A stretch of 64,000 nucleotides of DNA from an uncultured Rickettsiales bacterium (GCA_964588995.1 CAZPQM010000002.1:155020-219019); one strand, 5' to 3'; positions 28,201-38,198 are shown, counted from the stretch's first letter. The notes: a model not told the origin generated them from the sequence alone. Program-made: numbers and translations.

Positions 28201-28211
28201 ATGTTGTCTCC

Positions 28212-28556
28212 TTACGCTGCGTCGCGTTCGTCCGCGTCATGTTTCATCATCACGGACGGTTCTTTATCAAATTTTTCAATGCGGATCGTCATGTTACGCA
28301 CGACATCTTCGTGCAGGCGGTATTTACGCTCGAGCTCTTTGATCGCATCTTCCGGCGCTTCAAAGTTGATCATTACGTAATGGCCTTTTTTGCTTTTGTT
28401 GATTTTGTAAGCGAGGGAACGTAAGCCCCAATATTCTTTCTTGAGAATTTTGCCGCCCAGTTCTTTGATAACGCCTTCAAAATGCGTGCCAAGCTCTTCA
28501 GCGTCCGAGCTGGAAATGTCCTGACGCGCAATAAATACGGTTTCGTATAGACGCAT
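28212..28556 (-). CDS. rpsF: 30S ribosomal protein S6
   Basis: [15 protein letters not shown]...[12 protein letters not shown]. Confidence 0.93.
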   Translation of the reverse strand: MRLYETVFIARQDISSSDAEELGTHFEGVIKELGGKILKKEYWGLRSLAYKINKSKKGHYVMINFEAPEDAIKELERKYRLHEDVVRNMTIRIEKFDKEPSVMMKHDADERDAA

Positions 28557-28680
28557 ATGCTATGGTCTCCTTTTAATTTCAGCATGTCTGTGTATACACA
28601 AACAGCGGAGGTTGTATGGATTAGAGATGCGTTTATACGGATATTGACGGCGAATGCAAGCAGTATTTCTCGTTTTGCCT

Positions 28681-28756
28681 GTCATCCTGAGCGGGGCGCG
28701 CGCGTAGCCTTGAGGATCTGTATCAAGGCGAAGGGGCTGAACTATTGAGCGTGACG
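28681..28756. repeat. family-1 palindromic repeat unit (degenerate)
   Basis: GTCATCCTGAGCGGGGCGCGCGCGTAGCCTTGAGGATCT...GCGTGACGG, in the hisE-rpsF spacer. Confidence 0.55.
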
Positions 28757-28773
28757 GGCACTTAAGAGGGTGA

Positions 28774-29100
28774 TTATCCTTTCTCTTCCCGGCTCGCCTT
28801 TTCTTCAATGCCGGACGTGCCCATGCGGTTTTTGAGCTCCTCCATGATTTCATCATGCGTGACATTGCCGATATACCAGAGCAGGGAAAGATGAAAGAGC
28901 AGATCAGCGCTTTCATGGATCAACTCGTCCCGGCTTTCCGTAAGAGAGGCTATCACGACTTCGGTCGCCTCCTCGCCCACTTTCTGCGCAATTTTATTAT
29001 GGCCTTTATTCAGCATCTTCGCGATGTAAGAAGTGTCTTTATGACCGTTTTTATCGCGGTCTTCTATGATGTCACGTAACGTTCGTAGAGTTGAGGCCAT
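28774..29100 (-). CDS. hisE: phosphoribosyl-ATP pyrophosphatase
   Basis: SYIAKMLNKGHNKIAQKVGEEATEVVIA...ESADLLFHLSLL. Confidence 0.9.
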   Translation of the reverse strand: MASTLRTLRDIIEDRDKNGHKDTSYIAKMLNKGHNKIAQKVGEEATEVVIASLTESRDELIHESADLLFHLSLLWYIGNVTHDEIMEELKNRMGTSGIEEKASREEKG

Positions 29101-29212
29101 AATGTTTGATTCTCCTGAAAATGCACTCTGTCATTTTCAATGAGTGACCGCTTTCGCGGGCTCAAGGCTGGGCAAAACTTACTGTTTTGCAATCAGGATG
29201 GATATTTACACT

Positions 29213-29239
29213 ATCAACCATCAACCATCAACCATCAAC
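29213..29239. repeat. heptanucleotide microsatellite (ATCAACC x3.9) at the hisF stop
   Basis: ATCAACCATCAACCATCAACCATCAAC. The hisF TGA (29235-29237, minus strand) lies in the last unit. Confidence 0.9.
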
Positions 29240-29993
29240 TTAACCTCATTTTTATCCCATGTGCCACCATATGTTCTTTTACTTCTGCAATCGTATGCTC
29301 ACCAAAGTGGAAAATGGAGGCCGCAAGGAGTCCGGTGGCTCCGGCATCGCGCACGCCACCCACAAAGTCGTCCAGCTTTCCAACGCCGCCGGAGGCAATA
29401 ACAGGAATATGCACGGCTTTGCTGATGGCGCGGGTGAGCGGTACATCAAACCCTTCGCGAGTCCCGTCTCGATCCATCGATGTTACGAGCAGCTCCCCGG
29501 CACCATAATCCTCCATTTTCTTTGCCCATTCGACGGCGTCTATCCCGGTTGCATTACGTCCGCCGTGGGTGAAGATTTCGAAGTGGGAGCTAGTCGCTTT
29601 CGCATCGATCGCTACCACAATGCACTGACTGCCGAATTTATTGGCAGCGTCGCGCACAAATTCAGGATTATGGATGGCAGCCGTATTGATCGAAACTTTG
29701 TCAGCCCCGGCAAGCAACAATTTACGGACATCTTCGAGTGTACGCACGCCGCCGCCTACGGTTAGCGGCATGAAGCAGTGTTCAGCGACTTGCGTTACGA
29801 CATCATAAATCAGCTCGCGGTTATCGGAGGAGGCGGTGATATCTAAAAAGCAAAGCTCGTCCGCGCCTTGCTCATCATAGATTTTCGCCTGTTCAACCGG
29901 ATCACCTGCATCAATCAGGTCGACAAAGTTCACCCCTTTGACAACGCGGCCATCTTTGACGTCCAGGCAGGGAATAATGCGCGGTTTAAGCAC
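29235..29993 (-). CDS. hisF: imidazole glycerol phosphate synthase cyclase subunit
   Basis: [19 protein letters not shown]...ASGGVG, 252 aa. Confidence 0.95.
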   Translation of the reverse strand: MLKPRIIPCLDVKDGRVVKGVNFVDLIDAGDPVEQAKIYDEQGADELCFLDITASSDNRELIYDVVTQVAEHCFMPLTVGGGVRTLEDVRKLLLAGADKVSINTAAIHNPEFVRDAANKFGSQCIVVAIDAKATSSHFEIFTHGGRNATGIDAVEWAKKMEDYGAGELLVTSMDRDGTREGFDVPLTRAISKAVHIPVIASGGVGKLDDFVGGVRDAGATGLLAASIFHFGEHTIAEVKEHMVAHGIKMRLS

Positions 29994-30720
29994 GATATTC
30001 CCTTAACAATGTAATACCATCTTGTAGGGGGATGGCTCCATCATAAATCGCACGGCCTGAAATAATCCCGGCGAGTCCAAGCGGTTCTAATTGTTTCAGC
30101 TTGCGTAAATCCTCCAGCGAAGAGACGCCCCCGGAGGCAATCACGGGCGTTGAGATGGCGCGGAGCAGGGCTTCGGTGCCTTCCAAATCCGGGCCTTCCA
30201 TCGCGCCATCCCTGCCTACATCCGTGTAGATGATGGCTGCGACTCCGGCATTCTCATAGGCTTTGCCGAGCTCTTCGGTCGTAACGCCGGACTTGGTCGC
30301 CCAGCCTTCAATAGCGACTTTGCCTTCGCGAGAATCAATGCCAACAACGATTTGCCCGGGGTACTTCTCGCAGACTTCATAGACCAGGTCGGCGTTATGC
30401 AAAGCTGCGGTACCCAGAATCACACGGCTAACGCCAAGCTCCAGCCATCGGTCAATTGTTTCCATCGTGCGAATGCCGCCGCCGAGCTGAGCAGGAATGG
30501 AAATGGCGGAGAGAATGCTTTTTACCGCATCTTCATTCACCGGCTTCCCTTCGAAAGCGCCATTTAAGTCCACAATGTGCAGATATTCCGCGCCGGCAGC
30601 TTCAAACTCCCGGGCCTGAGCGGCCGGGTCATCATTGAAGGTTGTGGCGTCATTCATGTCACCGCGTAACAGGCGGACACATTCCCCATTCTTAAGATCG
30701 ATTGCGGGAAATAAAATCAT
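29986..30720 (-). CDS. hisA: ProFAR isomerase
   Basis: [22 protein letters not shown]...; overlaps hisF by 8 nt. Confidence 0.95.
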   Translation of the reverse strand: MILFPAIDLKNGECVRLLRGDMNDATTFNDDPAAQAREFEAAGAEYLHIVDLNGAFEGKPVNEDAVKSILSAISIPAQLGGGIRTMETIDRWLELGVSRVILGTAALHNADLVYEVCEKYPGQIVVGIDSREGKVAIEGWATKSGVTTEELGKAYENAGVAAIIYTDVGRDGAMEGPDLEGTEALLRAISTPVIASGGVSSLEDLRKLKQLEPLGLAGIISGRAIYDGAIPLQDGITLLREYRA

Positions 30721-30722
30721 AA

Positions 30723-31358
30723 TTACATCCTTAAAAAATTCTCGATAATCTGCAATCCCACCTGCTGGCTTTTTTCGGGGTGAAACTGAACGCCCATGAT
30801 GTTCTCACGAGCGACGGCAGCCGTCACCGTACCACCATAATCGGTGGTGGCAATCATATAATCCTTATTTTCAGGAAGCATATGATAGGAGTGCACAAAA
30901 TAGACGTGGCTCTCCTCTGGTACGTGTTTAAATAATGGATGATGCTGATCGAAATGCAATGTGTTCCATCCCATATGGGGGATTTTGAGCGTATCATCCT
31001 CCGGCGTTAGTTTAGTGACCTTACCGGGTATCCAGCCAAGACCCTCATGTTCGCCATGTTCTTCGCCGATGGTGCTGAGCAGTTGCATCCCCACACAAAT
31101 TCCTAAAAACGGTTTGCGCTTGGTGTAGGTATCCAGCTTGAGCGCGTCAACCATACCAGGGATGGCTTGCAGACCGCGCATACAATCGCCATATGCCCCC
31201 ACACCCGGTAGAACAATATAGCCGACGCCTTTCAATGCTTCCGGGTGGGTGATAAGTGATACGGAATAATCTGAACGGGTGCGGGCAGCGGCATGCTCAC
31301 AGGCTTTTTGAATCGAATGCAGGTTACCTGAGCCGTAGTCGATAATACCAATTTTCAT
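30723..31358 (-). CDS. hisH: imidazole glycerol phosphate synthase glutaminase subunit
   Basis: Class I amidotransferase: GICVGMQLL (Cys), HSY...FHPEKS. Confidence 0.95.
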   Translation of the reverse strand: MKIGIIDYGSGNLHSIQKACEHAAARTRSDYSVSLITHPEALKGVGYIVLPGVGAYGDCMRGLQAIPGMVDALKLDTYTKRKPFLGICVGMQLLSTIGEEHGEHEGLGWIPGKVTKLTPEDDTLKIPHMGWNTLHFDQHHPLFKHVPEESHVYFVHSYHMLPENKDYMIATTDYGGTVTAAVARENIMGVQFHPEKSQQVGLQIIENFLRM

Positions 31359-31783
31359 TACTTGCTTCGGTTGAGTGAGGCGGCTTGTATTTGAGGCGTG
31401 TAATATTCGCGGGTTAAAAAAATATGCTCGGCATCGGTTTTATCCTGCGCAAATACGATGTCCACCAGCGAGAGACCTTTTTTCTCATAGTGATGCTCCA
31501 GCCAGTCATAGGCTGAAAAACCAAACCAAAGCGAAAGGATAAATTGCAGCGCACTTGCCTGATTCATATTGAGTATGCCCTCCAAACCCAGTCCGTGGAC
31601 AATCGAAAAAAAGATCAGGAAAACAATCGCCACTTTCCACATGGAATGATAAGCCGCCCATAGGAAGGTAAAGACAAAGCCTAAAAGGGAAAAGCCATTC
31701 GGCACGAGTTGAATACGCTCCTCCTCTTTCGAAGCGGCTTCGTCTTCATATACGGCAAAGAATTTTTTCCGGTTAAATAGCAT
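31358..31783 (-). CDS. DUF2628-like membrane protein
   Basis: 141 aa with two TM helices (GFSLLGFVFTFLWAAYHSMW). It has the typical alphaproteobacterial position between hisB and hisH. Confidence 0.7.
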   Translation of the reverse strand: MLFNRKKFFAVYEDEAASKEEERIQLVPNGFSLLGFVFTFLWAAYHSMWKVAIVFLIFFSIVHGLGLEGILNMNQASALQFILSLWFGFSAYDWLEHHYEKKGLSLVDIVFAQDKTDAEHIFLTREYYTPQIQAASLNRSK

Positions 31784-31800
31784 ATTTATATATATCTCGT

Positions 31801-31934
31801 CGTCATTCCGATATGTGAAGCAAAAGTAATCGCCAAAGCGACGGAATCCAAGAACAAAAAGTTAGTAAACTTTTTGTAACAGAAAATGATGACTATCATT
31901 TTCTTATTTCTGGATACCGTGGATTCGCATGACG
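31801..31934. repeat. family-1 composite repeat in the hisB/DUF2628 spacer
   Basis: CGTCATTCCG...GGATTCGCATGACG termini. The internal palindrome AAAATGATGACTATCATTTT is shared with 52115-52166. Confidence 0.65.
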
Positions 31935-31973
31935 TCCTGTCATGTTCACCGGCGGTATGACGCCCCTTTAACC

Positions 31974-32564
31974 TCATAAACTACCCTTCGTCGAAGGAAT
32001 AATATCCGCCTGGCGGGGATCAATGGTGATGGCCTGCATCAGGGCTTTCGCAAGACCCTTGTAGCAAGACTCAACAATATGGTGGTTATTCTCACCATAG
32101 AGATTTTCCACATGCAGCGTGATACCTGCCGCACCGGCAAAGCCGCCGAACCATTCGCGGAATAATTCCGTATCCATTTCTCCGAGCTTGTCGCGCGTGA
32201 ACTCAACTTTCCAAACCAGATGCGGGCGGCCGGAAATGTCGATAGCGACGCGGGTGAGCGTTTCATCCATCGGCAGATAGCTATGCGCGAAGCGGGTGAT
32301 GCCTTTGCGTTCACCGAGAGCTTTTTTAAGCGCTTGTCCGATCGTGATGCCGACATCTTCCACCGTGTGATGGAAATCAATATGCAGATCCCCTTTCGCC
32401 TTCACGGTAAGATCAATCAGGCTATGCTTCGCGAGTTGCTCCAGCATATGGTCGAGAAAGCCAATGCCGGTTTCAACCTCATACTTGCCGGTGCCATCCA
32501 GGTTCAGGCTGACGGTAATATCCGTTTCTTTCGTGGTTCTGCTGATATCTGCGGTTCTACTCAT
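31974..32564 (-). CDS. hisB: imidazoleglycerol-phosphate dehydratase
   Basis: [16 protein letters not shown]...[24 protein letters not shown]. Confidence 0.95.
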   Translation of the reverse strand: MSRTADISRTTKETDITVSLNLDGTGKYEVETGIGFLDHMLEQLAKHSLIDLTVKAKGDLHIDFHHTVEDVGITIGQALKKALGERKGITRFAHSYLPMDETLTRVAIDISGRPHLVWKVEFTRDKLGEMDTELFREWFGGFAGAAGITLHVENLYGENNHHIVESCYKGLAKALMQAITIDPRQADIIPSTKGSL

Positions 32565-32585
32565 AGTTTTTATGCAATGCTATGC

Positions 32586-32692
32586 CGTCATCCTGAGGGA
32601 GGCGTAGCCGAAGCGAAGGATCTATAATACTAAGTGCTTCACAAATAGAACCTTCGGCTTCGCTTTCAAATGAAAGCTGCGCTCAGAATGAC
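32586..32692. repeat. family-1 palindromic repeat unit
   Basis: CGTCATCCTGAGGGAGGCGTAGCCGAAGCGAAGGATCT ... AGAACCTTCGGCTTCGCT...GCGCTCAGAATGAC, in the hisB/hslV divergent spacer. Confidence 0.7.
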
Positions 32693-32769
32693 AAGGCAAG
32701 TTACCCCTTGATTTGCCATTCTTTATACCCCAAATAGTAGGGAAGTCAAAGTAAAGGAGTGATGAAGGC

Positions 32770-33321
32770 ATGGATCAGCAGGGGAATTTTCCGGGGTGGC
32801 ACGCAACGACCATCCTGTGTGTAAAAAAGGACGGTAAAACCGTCATCGGCGGCGACGGACAGGTCTCGGTCGGTCATACGATCATGAAAGGAACGGCGAC
32901 CAAGATTCGTAGCCTGACAGATGGCTCTATTAAGGCCGGTTTTGCCGGTGCGACCGCCGATGCGTTTACGCTGTTTGAACGGTTGGAGTCCAAGCTAGAA
33001 GTGCATCCTGGGCAGCTAAAGCGTGCCTGTGTGGAACTGGCGAAGGATTGGCGTACGGATCGTTACTTGCGTCGCCTCGAAGCGATGATGATTGTAGCGG
33101 ATAAAGAGCAGATTCTGGTGTTGACCGGAACGGGCGATGTGCTGGAGCCGGAGGATGATATTGCCGCGATTGGCTCCGGGGGTAATTATGCGCTGGCAGC
33201 TGCAAAAGCGTTACGGGAAAATAGCGATATGAGCGCAAAAGAAATTGTCGAAAAAGCGATGAAGATTGCAGCCGATATCTGCGTGTATACGAACCATAAT
33301 GTGATAATAGAGGAAGTTTAA
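32770..33321 (+). CDS. hslV: ATP-dependent protease subunit HslV
   Basis: [23 protein letters not shown]...[11 protein letters not shown]; the N-terminal Thr nucleophile context is present. Confidence 0.93.
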   Translation: MDQQGNFPGWHATTILCVKKDGKTVIGGDGQVSVGHTIMKGTATKIRSLTDGSIKAGFAGATADAFTLFERLESKLEVHPGQLKRACVELAKDWRTDRYLRRLEAMMIVADKEQILVLTGTGDVLEPEDDIAAIGSGGNYALAAAKALRENSDMSAKEIVEKAMKIAADICVYTNHNVIIEEV

Positions 33322-33340
33322 TTTAGGTTTTAGGTGTCGG

Positions 33341-33715
33341 GTGTCAGGTTCCAGTATAAAAAGTTATCAAGATTTACATGTGTGGCAAAAAGCAATTGAG
33401 TTAGTAGAATTGGTCTATCAACAAACAGAAAATTTTCCCAAACACCAGCCTTATAGTTTGGGGCAGCAAATCGAGCGATCTGCTGTATCGGTTCCTTCTA
33501 ATATTGCTGAAGGTCGGACCAGACATAGTGTTAGAGATTTTGTATACCATCTAAATATCGCTCGTGGTTCTTTAGCTGAGTTAGAAACGCAAATCATTAT
33601 CGCAGAAAGATTACGATTTATTGATGCTGATCCCACGAAAGCCATATTTGCTCGTACAAGTGAGGTGGGCAAAATGTTAAATGGTTTAAAGAACTCCCTC
33701 AAACCCGAAACCTGA
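33341..33715 (+). CDS. four-helix-bundle protein (23S rRNA intervening-sequence protein family)
   Basis: [18 protein letters not shown]...[36 protein letters not shown] is the typical signature. GTG start. It is visibly AT-rich relative to hslV and hslU. Confidence 0.8.
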   Translation: MSGSSIKSYQDLHVWQKAIELVELVYQQTENFPKHQPYSLGQQIERSAVSVPSNIAEGRTRHSVRDFVYHLNIARGSLAELETQIIIAERLRFIDADPTKAIFARTSEVGKMLNGLKNSLKPET

Positions 33716-33731
33716 CAACTGGAACCTAATT

Positions 33732-35048
33732 ATGACCGAATATACCAACATGACACCACGCGAAATTGTAGCTGAGCTGGACCGGCATATTGTCGGGCAG
33801 GGGGATGCGAAGAAAGCAGTTGCCATTGCACTGCGTAACCGCTACCGCCGGATGCAGGTCGATGAGCCGATGCGCGATGAGATAGTGCCGAAGAATATTC
33901 TCATGGTCGGTCCAACCGGTGTGGGTAAAACGGAGATAGCACGCCGCCTCGCTAAGCTGGCAGACGCACCGTTTGTGAAGATTGAAGCAACCAAGTTTAC
34001 CGAAGTTGGGTATGTGGGCCGCGATGTGGACTCCATCGTGCGGGATTTGATGGAGCATGCGGTTACGCTCGTACGCGAAAGAATGCGTAAAGAAGTTATT
34101 GAGAAGGCAGAGTTAAATGCGGAAGAACGGGTGCTGGATGCGCTCGTAGGTGAAGCGGCGAGTGCAGATACGCGGCAGAAGTTTCGCAAAAAACTGCGCG
34201 AGGGCGAGCTGAATGATAAGCAAATAGATATTCAGGTGGCGGATACCAAGCCGATGGGGCTGGATTTTGCCGATATTCCCGGAATGCCCGGCGGTCAGAT
34301 GGGGATGATCAATCTGAATGACATGATCGGTAAAGCCATGGGTAAAACCAAAACCAAGAAAGTTTCGGTCGAAGAAGCCTATGATGTGCTGATGGCGGAG
34401 GAAAGTGACAAGCTGCTGGATGAAGATAAGGTCGTTGCCGAAGCCCTTCAATCGGTCGAGAATGATGGTATCGTTTTCCTAGACGAAATTGATAAGATCA
34501 CCTCGCGGCAGGATGTGCGTGGCGGCGATGTGAATAGAGAGGGTGTGCAACGTGATTTACTCCCGCTGATTGAAGGAACCGTCATTTCCACGAAATATGG
34601 CGCGGTGAAGACCGATCATATTCTCTTTATTGCGAGCGGTGCGTTCCATCTTGCCAAGCCATCCGATTTATTGCCTGAATTGCAGGGGCGGTTGCCGATT
34701 CGCGTTTCGCTGGATGCGCTGACGGAGGAGGATTTAATCCGCATTTTGAAAGAGCCGGAATCCTCGCTTACAAAGCAGTATGAAGCGCTGATGGCGACGG
34801 AGGGCGTAACCGTAGAGTTCACAGAAGGTGGTATCAAGCAGATTGCGAAGATCGCGACGGAAGTGAACTCGAACGTCGAAAATATCGGCGCACGGCGTTT
34901 GCATACGATTATGGAGAAGCTGCTTGAGGAGTTGAGCTATGCAGCGGGCGATACGGCAGATGAGCATGTTACGGTTGATGCGGCTTATGTCGATCAGCAT
35001 CTCGAAGATTTGACCAAAGAACAGGACTTAAGCAAATTTATCCTGTAA
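33732..35048 (+). CDS. hslU: ATP-dependent protease ATPase subunit HslU
   Basis: [49 protein letters not shown]. Confidence 0.95.
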   Translation: MTEYTNMTPREIVAELDRHIVGQGDAKKAVAIALRNRYRRMQVDEPMRDEIVPKNILMVGPTGVGKTEIARRLAKLADAPFVKIEATKFTEVGYVGRDVDSIVRDLMEHAVTLVRERMRKEVIEKAELNAEERVLDALVGEAASADTRQKFRKKLREGELNDKQIDIQVADTKPMGLDFADIPGMPGGQMGMINLNDMIGKAMGKTKTKKVSVEEAYDVLMAEESDKLLDEDKVVAEALQSVENDGIVFLDEIDKITSRQDVRGGDVNREGVQRDLLPLIEGTVISTKYGAVKTDHILFIASGAFHLAKPSDLLPELQGRLPIRVSLDALTEEDLIRILKEPESSLTKQYEALMATEGVTVEFTEGGIKQIAKIATEVNSNVENIGARRLHTIMEKLLEELSYAAGDTADEHVTVDAAYVDQHLEDLTKEQDLSKFIL

Positions 35049-35061
35049 CGTTTACCTGACT

Positions 35062-36147
35062 TTAGCTGGCTTGAAGCTGCCGCATCGGACAGGCACGGCA
35101 TTCATGCGTTGCCGGGCATATAGGGCTGTCATGGCTGCATCGTATGGAGCCATTTTCCTGACGGACCGCCGCCTGAACTAATTCGGCTAGACCGGCAATA
35201 AAATACGGATGATCCCCGGGGGTGGGTACACGGTAATATCCCGGTACATTATGCTCATTAGCGATCTCTTTGAATTCTACGTCGAGTTCTACCAGCGTTT
35301 CCAGATGCTCGCTAACGAAGGCGATTGGGATGACAATCAGCGGTACGCCATCCTTCCCTGCCTGCTCAATTTCATGGTCGGTATACGGCGTTAGCCATTC
35401 CAGCGGACCGACGCGGCTTTGATAGGTTACTTTCCAGTCTTCCAGTTGGAAGTCCAGTGCTTCAACTACGTTACTTGCGGTCAGTTCAATCTGCACGGGG
35501 TAGGGGTCGCCTTTAGACTTAACGGTTTTCTTAGGCAGCCCGTGCGCGGAGAATAATACGCGGGGCGTTAGTTCAGGATGTTCCTTTTTGGCTTGTGCGT
35601 GGTATTTGCTTAGCAGGTCGGCAACGGATTTAACGAACCCTGTATTATCAGGGTAACAGCAGATGGTTTGCGTTGTTGAGGTTAAGCCGTGCCTGCCGGC
35701 GTATTTATGCCATTCGACAATGCTGGACTCACTGGTGGTTGTGGAATAATGCGGATAGAGTGGCAACAGAACAATTTTGTCTGGAGCAAATTCTTTCACC
35801 TGCTTCACGACCTCTTCAGTCATCGGGTGCCAATAACGCATGCACGGGAAGACTTCGATTTCATATTCTTTTTCCAGTAGGGCGGTGAGCGCTTTACCTT
35901 GTGATATCGTGTTATCGAGTATGGGAGACTTGCCTCCCATTTCCTCGTATAAGGGAATAACCCCCTTATAACGCCGTGAGGAGATTAGTCGTGCGAGCAT
36001 CTCACGAAACGGGTTGGGAAGCCCAATAATCCGCTTGTCTGCAAACAGGTTTTTCAAAAACGGGCGCACAGCATTTGTCTTGTCAGGGCCACCTAGGTTG
36101 AATAACACAACCGCAAGGCGAGGTTTGCTGCCATTTGAATTGACCAT
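35062..36147 (-). CDS. hemH: ferrochelatase (Cys-rich C-terminus)
   Basis: LAVVLFNLGGPD...FLKNLFADKRII, 361 aa. The C-terminal CSHDSPICPATHECRACP suggests an Fe-S-type ferrochelatase. Confidence 0.9.
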   Translation of the reverse strand: MVNSNGSKPRLAVVLFNLGGPDKTNAVRPFLKNLFADKRIIGLPNPFREMLARLISSRRYKGVIPLYEEMGGKSPILDNTISQGKALTALLEKEYEIEVFPCMRYWHPMTEEVVKQVKEFAPDKIVLLPLYPHYSTTTSESSIVEWHKYAGRHGLTSTTQTICCYPDNTGFVKSVADLLSKYHAQAKKEHPELTPRVLFSAHGLPKKTVKSKGDPYPVQIELTASNVVEALDFQLEDWKVTYQSRVGPLEWLTPYTDHEIEQAGKDGVPLIVIPIAFVSEHLETLVELDVEFKEIANEHNVPGYYRVPTPGDHPYFIAGLAELVQAAVRQENGSIRCSHDSPICPATHECRACPMRQLQAS

Positions 36148-36214
36148 TGTTAAGTCCTCACGGATAGTAGTTGAATAGAATAGGCAAAATGCTTATACTT
36201 TTGGTGCGCTATTT

Positions 36215-37174
36215 ATGAACAAAAGTTACATGGAAAATTTATTTCTTTATCACCTGCCGAAGTCAAGTAAGGTGTTTCTTCCTGAGTGGGATGCCCATTT
36301 GCGTTGTGATCATTTTACCATTGAAACCTGCATGCGTTATATTGTTATGGCTAAGGAGCCGCTCGCGCATGCGGCCTGTCGCTATGCGATGGAAGAACGG
36401 CAGGGGCGTGAGGCCTATCAATTTCTGCTGGAACTTGCCTGCGGTTTGCTGAGTAACATGCCGGGTGAGCCGGAAATTTTTGGACAGATTAAGCAGGCCT
36501 GGCAGCAAAAGCGTTCTGAGAATGAAGCGCTCAAAGAAGCGTTTGATCCTATCATGCGTTCTTTATTTCAGGATACAAAACGGATCCGCTCTAATCACTT
36601 ACAGGGCGTCACTGGTGCCTCCTATTTCAGCGCGACGGAAAAGCTGATTAATTTGAAGCGTGACCATAATGTGCTTATTATCGGTGCTGGTCAATTTGGC
36701 ACGATGCTGGCGCACAATATTGCAAAACGGACGGACGGGCTGTTTATTTGCAATCGTTCGGAGAAAGCGCTTGAGCCGTTGGTTGAAAAGCTCAATGATA
36801 AACTGACCATTTTACCTTTCTCAGCCGAGATAGAGCGCGCCATTTCCGATATGGATCATGTATTGATTGCGCTGCCATCCTTTGCCGATCAGGCAATCAA
36901 TGATGCTATTATTAATGGATGGCAGTCGAAGCAGGAATATACGGGGCATCTCGTGCATTACTGTGAATATATTGATGAAGCATCGCGCTGGCGGAAGCTG
37001 CCGAATAGCTTTGCGCTGGAGGATGTTCTCTGCCTGCAATCCGTTCAAACAGAAAAGCGCGAAAAGGCGTTTGAGGCGGCGTATCAGGCCGTTAAAGAAT
37101 ATTCGCACAAACGGTATCTACAACCTGTCGGTATAGCCTGCAATCATTATGCATCTCAAACTGGGAACGCGTAA
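36215..37174 (+). CDS. hemA: short, divergent glutamyl-tRNA reductase-like protein
   Basis: IETCMRY (compare the TCNR active site), LACGLLSNMPGEPEIFGQIKQAW (compare GLxSxxxGExQIxGQVK), Rossmann VLIIGAGQFGTMLA. It is only 319 aa and sits at the head of the hemC-hemL-hemE cluster. Confidence 0.6.
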   Translation: MNKSYMENLFLYHLPKSSKVFLPEWDAHLRCDHFTIETCMRYIVMAKEPLAHAACRYAMEERQGREAYQFLLELACGLLSNMPGEPEIFGQIKQAWQQKRSENEALKEAFDPIMRSLFQDTKRIRSNHLQGVTGASYFSATEKLINLKRDHNVLIIGAGQFGTMLAHNIAKRTDGLFICNRSEKALEPLVEKLNDKLTILPFSAEIERAISDMDHVLIALPSFADQAINDAIINGWQSKQEYTGHLVHYCEYIDEASRWRKLPNSFALEDVLCLQSVQTEKREKAFEAAYQAVKEYSHKRYLQPVGIACNHYASQTGNA

Positions 37175-38117
37175 ATCTGCGCTGGCGCTTGCCCAAAGTC
37201 AATGGGTGGCCGATCAGCTAGAAGCGCTTAGTAATGACATTACAGCAGAACTTATTGGCATCGAAACACAGGCCGATGAGTCGCGAGGTGGCGTTTATGC
37301 AACGAAGCCGCTTTCGCAGCTAGATGGTAAAAACTTTTTCATTAAAGAGTTGGATGACGCGCTTCTTTCCGGGATCACGCATCTTTCTGTTCATTCGCTT
37401 AAGGATCTAAGCCTTGAACGCCCTGATGCGATTGAACTGGCTGCTATTCCAAAGCGAGAGGACGCGCGGGATGTGGTAATTCTATCCGCTAAGGGAAAAG
37501 CTAAGTTAAGAGCAGGTAAGGCGCTCTCTTTGGGTACATCATCCCCTCGACGGATAGAAAATATCCCTCCTTTGTTGCGTGCTGAATTTGGCTCGCACAT
37601 TGAGGTGAAGGAAATCAGAGGTAATATCACCACACGTATTGGGCGGTTGCATGATTTGGGGAAGCGTTATCTGGACGGTGTTGCATTGGCCTTAGCCGGT
37701 ATAAAACGCCTGTATGCTTCTGAGCAATATCGTAATCAACTGACACCAAAGCTGGCAGGGGTGTTCTTTTTACCTCTGCCGCTGGCAAGTAACCCAACGG
37801 CACCGGGACAGGGTGCGCTCGCAATCGAATGTTTAAAAGAAAATCAGGATATTCTGCTGACACTACAACGCCTGCACTCATTATCTGCGGCGGAAGATAT
37901 TGCTAAAGAGCGTGCTATTCTGGCGAAATATGGCGGCGGGTGTCATCAAGCGTTTGGTGCAAGCCGTATCCGGGGTGGAAAAGCAGGCGAATACGCGTTA
38001 TATATTCGCGGGCGTACCGAATCCGGCCAGATTTTGGACGAGGTGCATGGCAGCTTGCAGGCAACGGAAGATAGCTTGCAGATTTTTGATAGTTTACAAG
38101 CATTAATGTCATCCTGA
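37149..38117 (+). CDS. hemC: hydroxymethylbilane synthase (porphobilinogen deaminase)
   Basis: LKLGTRKSALALAQ..., SVHSLKDL, LGTSSPRR, RGNITTR, APGQGALAIE, GGGCHQAFG. It overlaps hemA by 26 nt. Confidence 0.85.
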   Translation: MHLKLGTRKSALALAQSQWVADQLEALSNDITAELIGIETQADESRGGVYATKPLSQLDGKNFFIKELDDALLSGITHLSVHSLKDLSLERPDAIELAAIPKREDARDVVILSAKGKAKLRAGKALSLGTSSPRRIENIPPLLRAEFGSHIEVKEIRGNITTRIGRLHDLGKRYLDGVALALAGIKRLYASEQYRNQLTPKLAGVFFLPLPLASNPTAPGQGALAIECLKENQDILLTLQRLHSLSAAEDIAKERAILAKYGGGCHQAFGASRIRGGKAGEYALYIRGRTESGQILDEVHGSLQATEDSLQIFDSLQALMSS

Positions 38118-38172
38118 CCGTAGTGAAGGGCTTCTGTCTATTATAGATTCTTTGCTGACGTTCAGAATGACG
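38108..38172. repeat. family-1 palindromic repeat unit supplying the hemC stop codon
   Basis: GTCATCCTGACCGTAGTGAAGGGCTTCT...AGATTCTTTGCTGACGTTCAGAATGACG. The hemC TGA is at 38115-38117. Confidence 0.7.
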
Positions 38173-38198
38173 CTTACAATGAAGAAACGGGTTTTTCC

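Noticed and set aside
31786-31977. 63-aa ORF between hisB and the DUF2628 gene
   Set aside because: It lies entirely within the composite repeat and has no RBS or protein-like composition.
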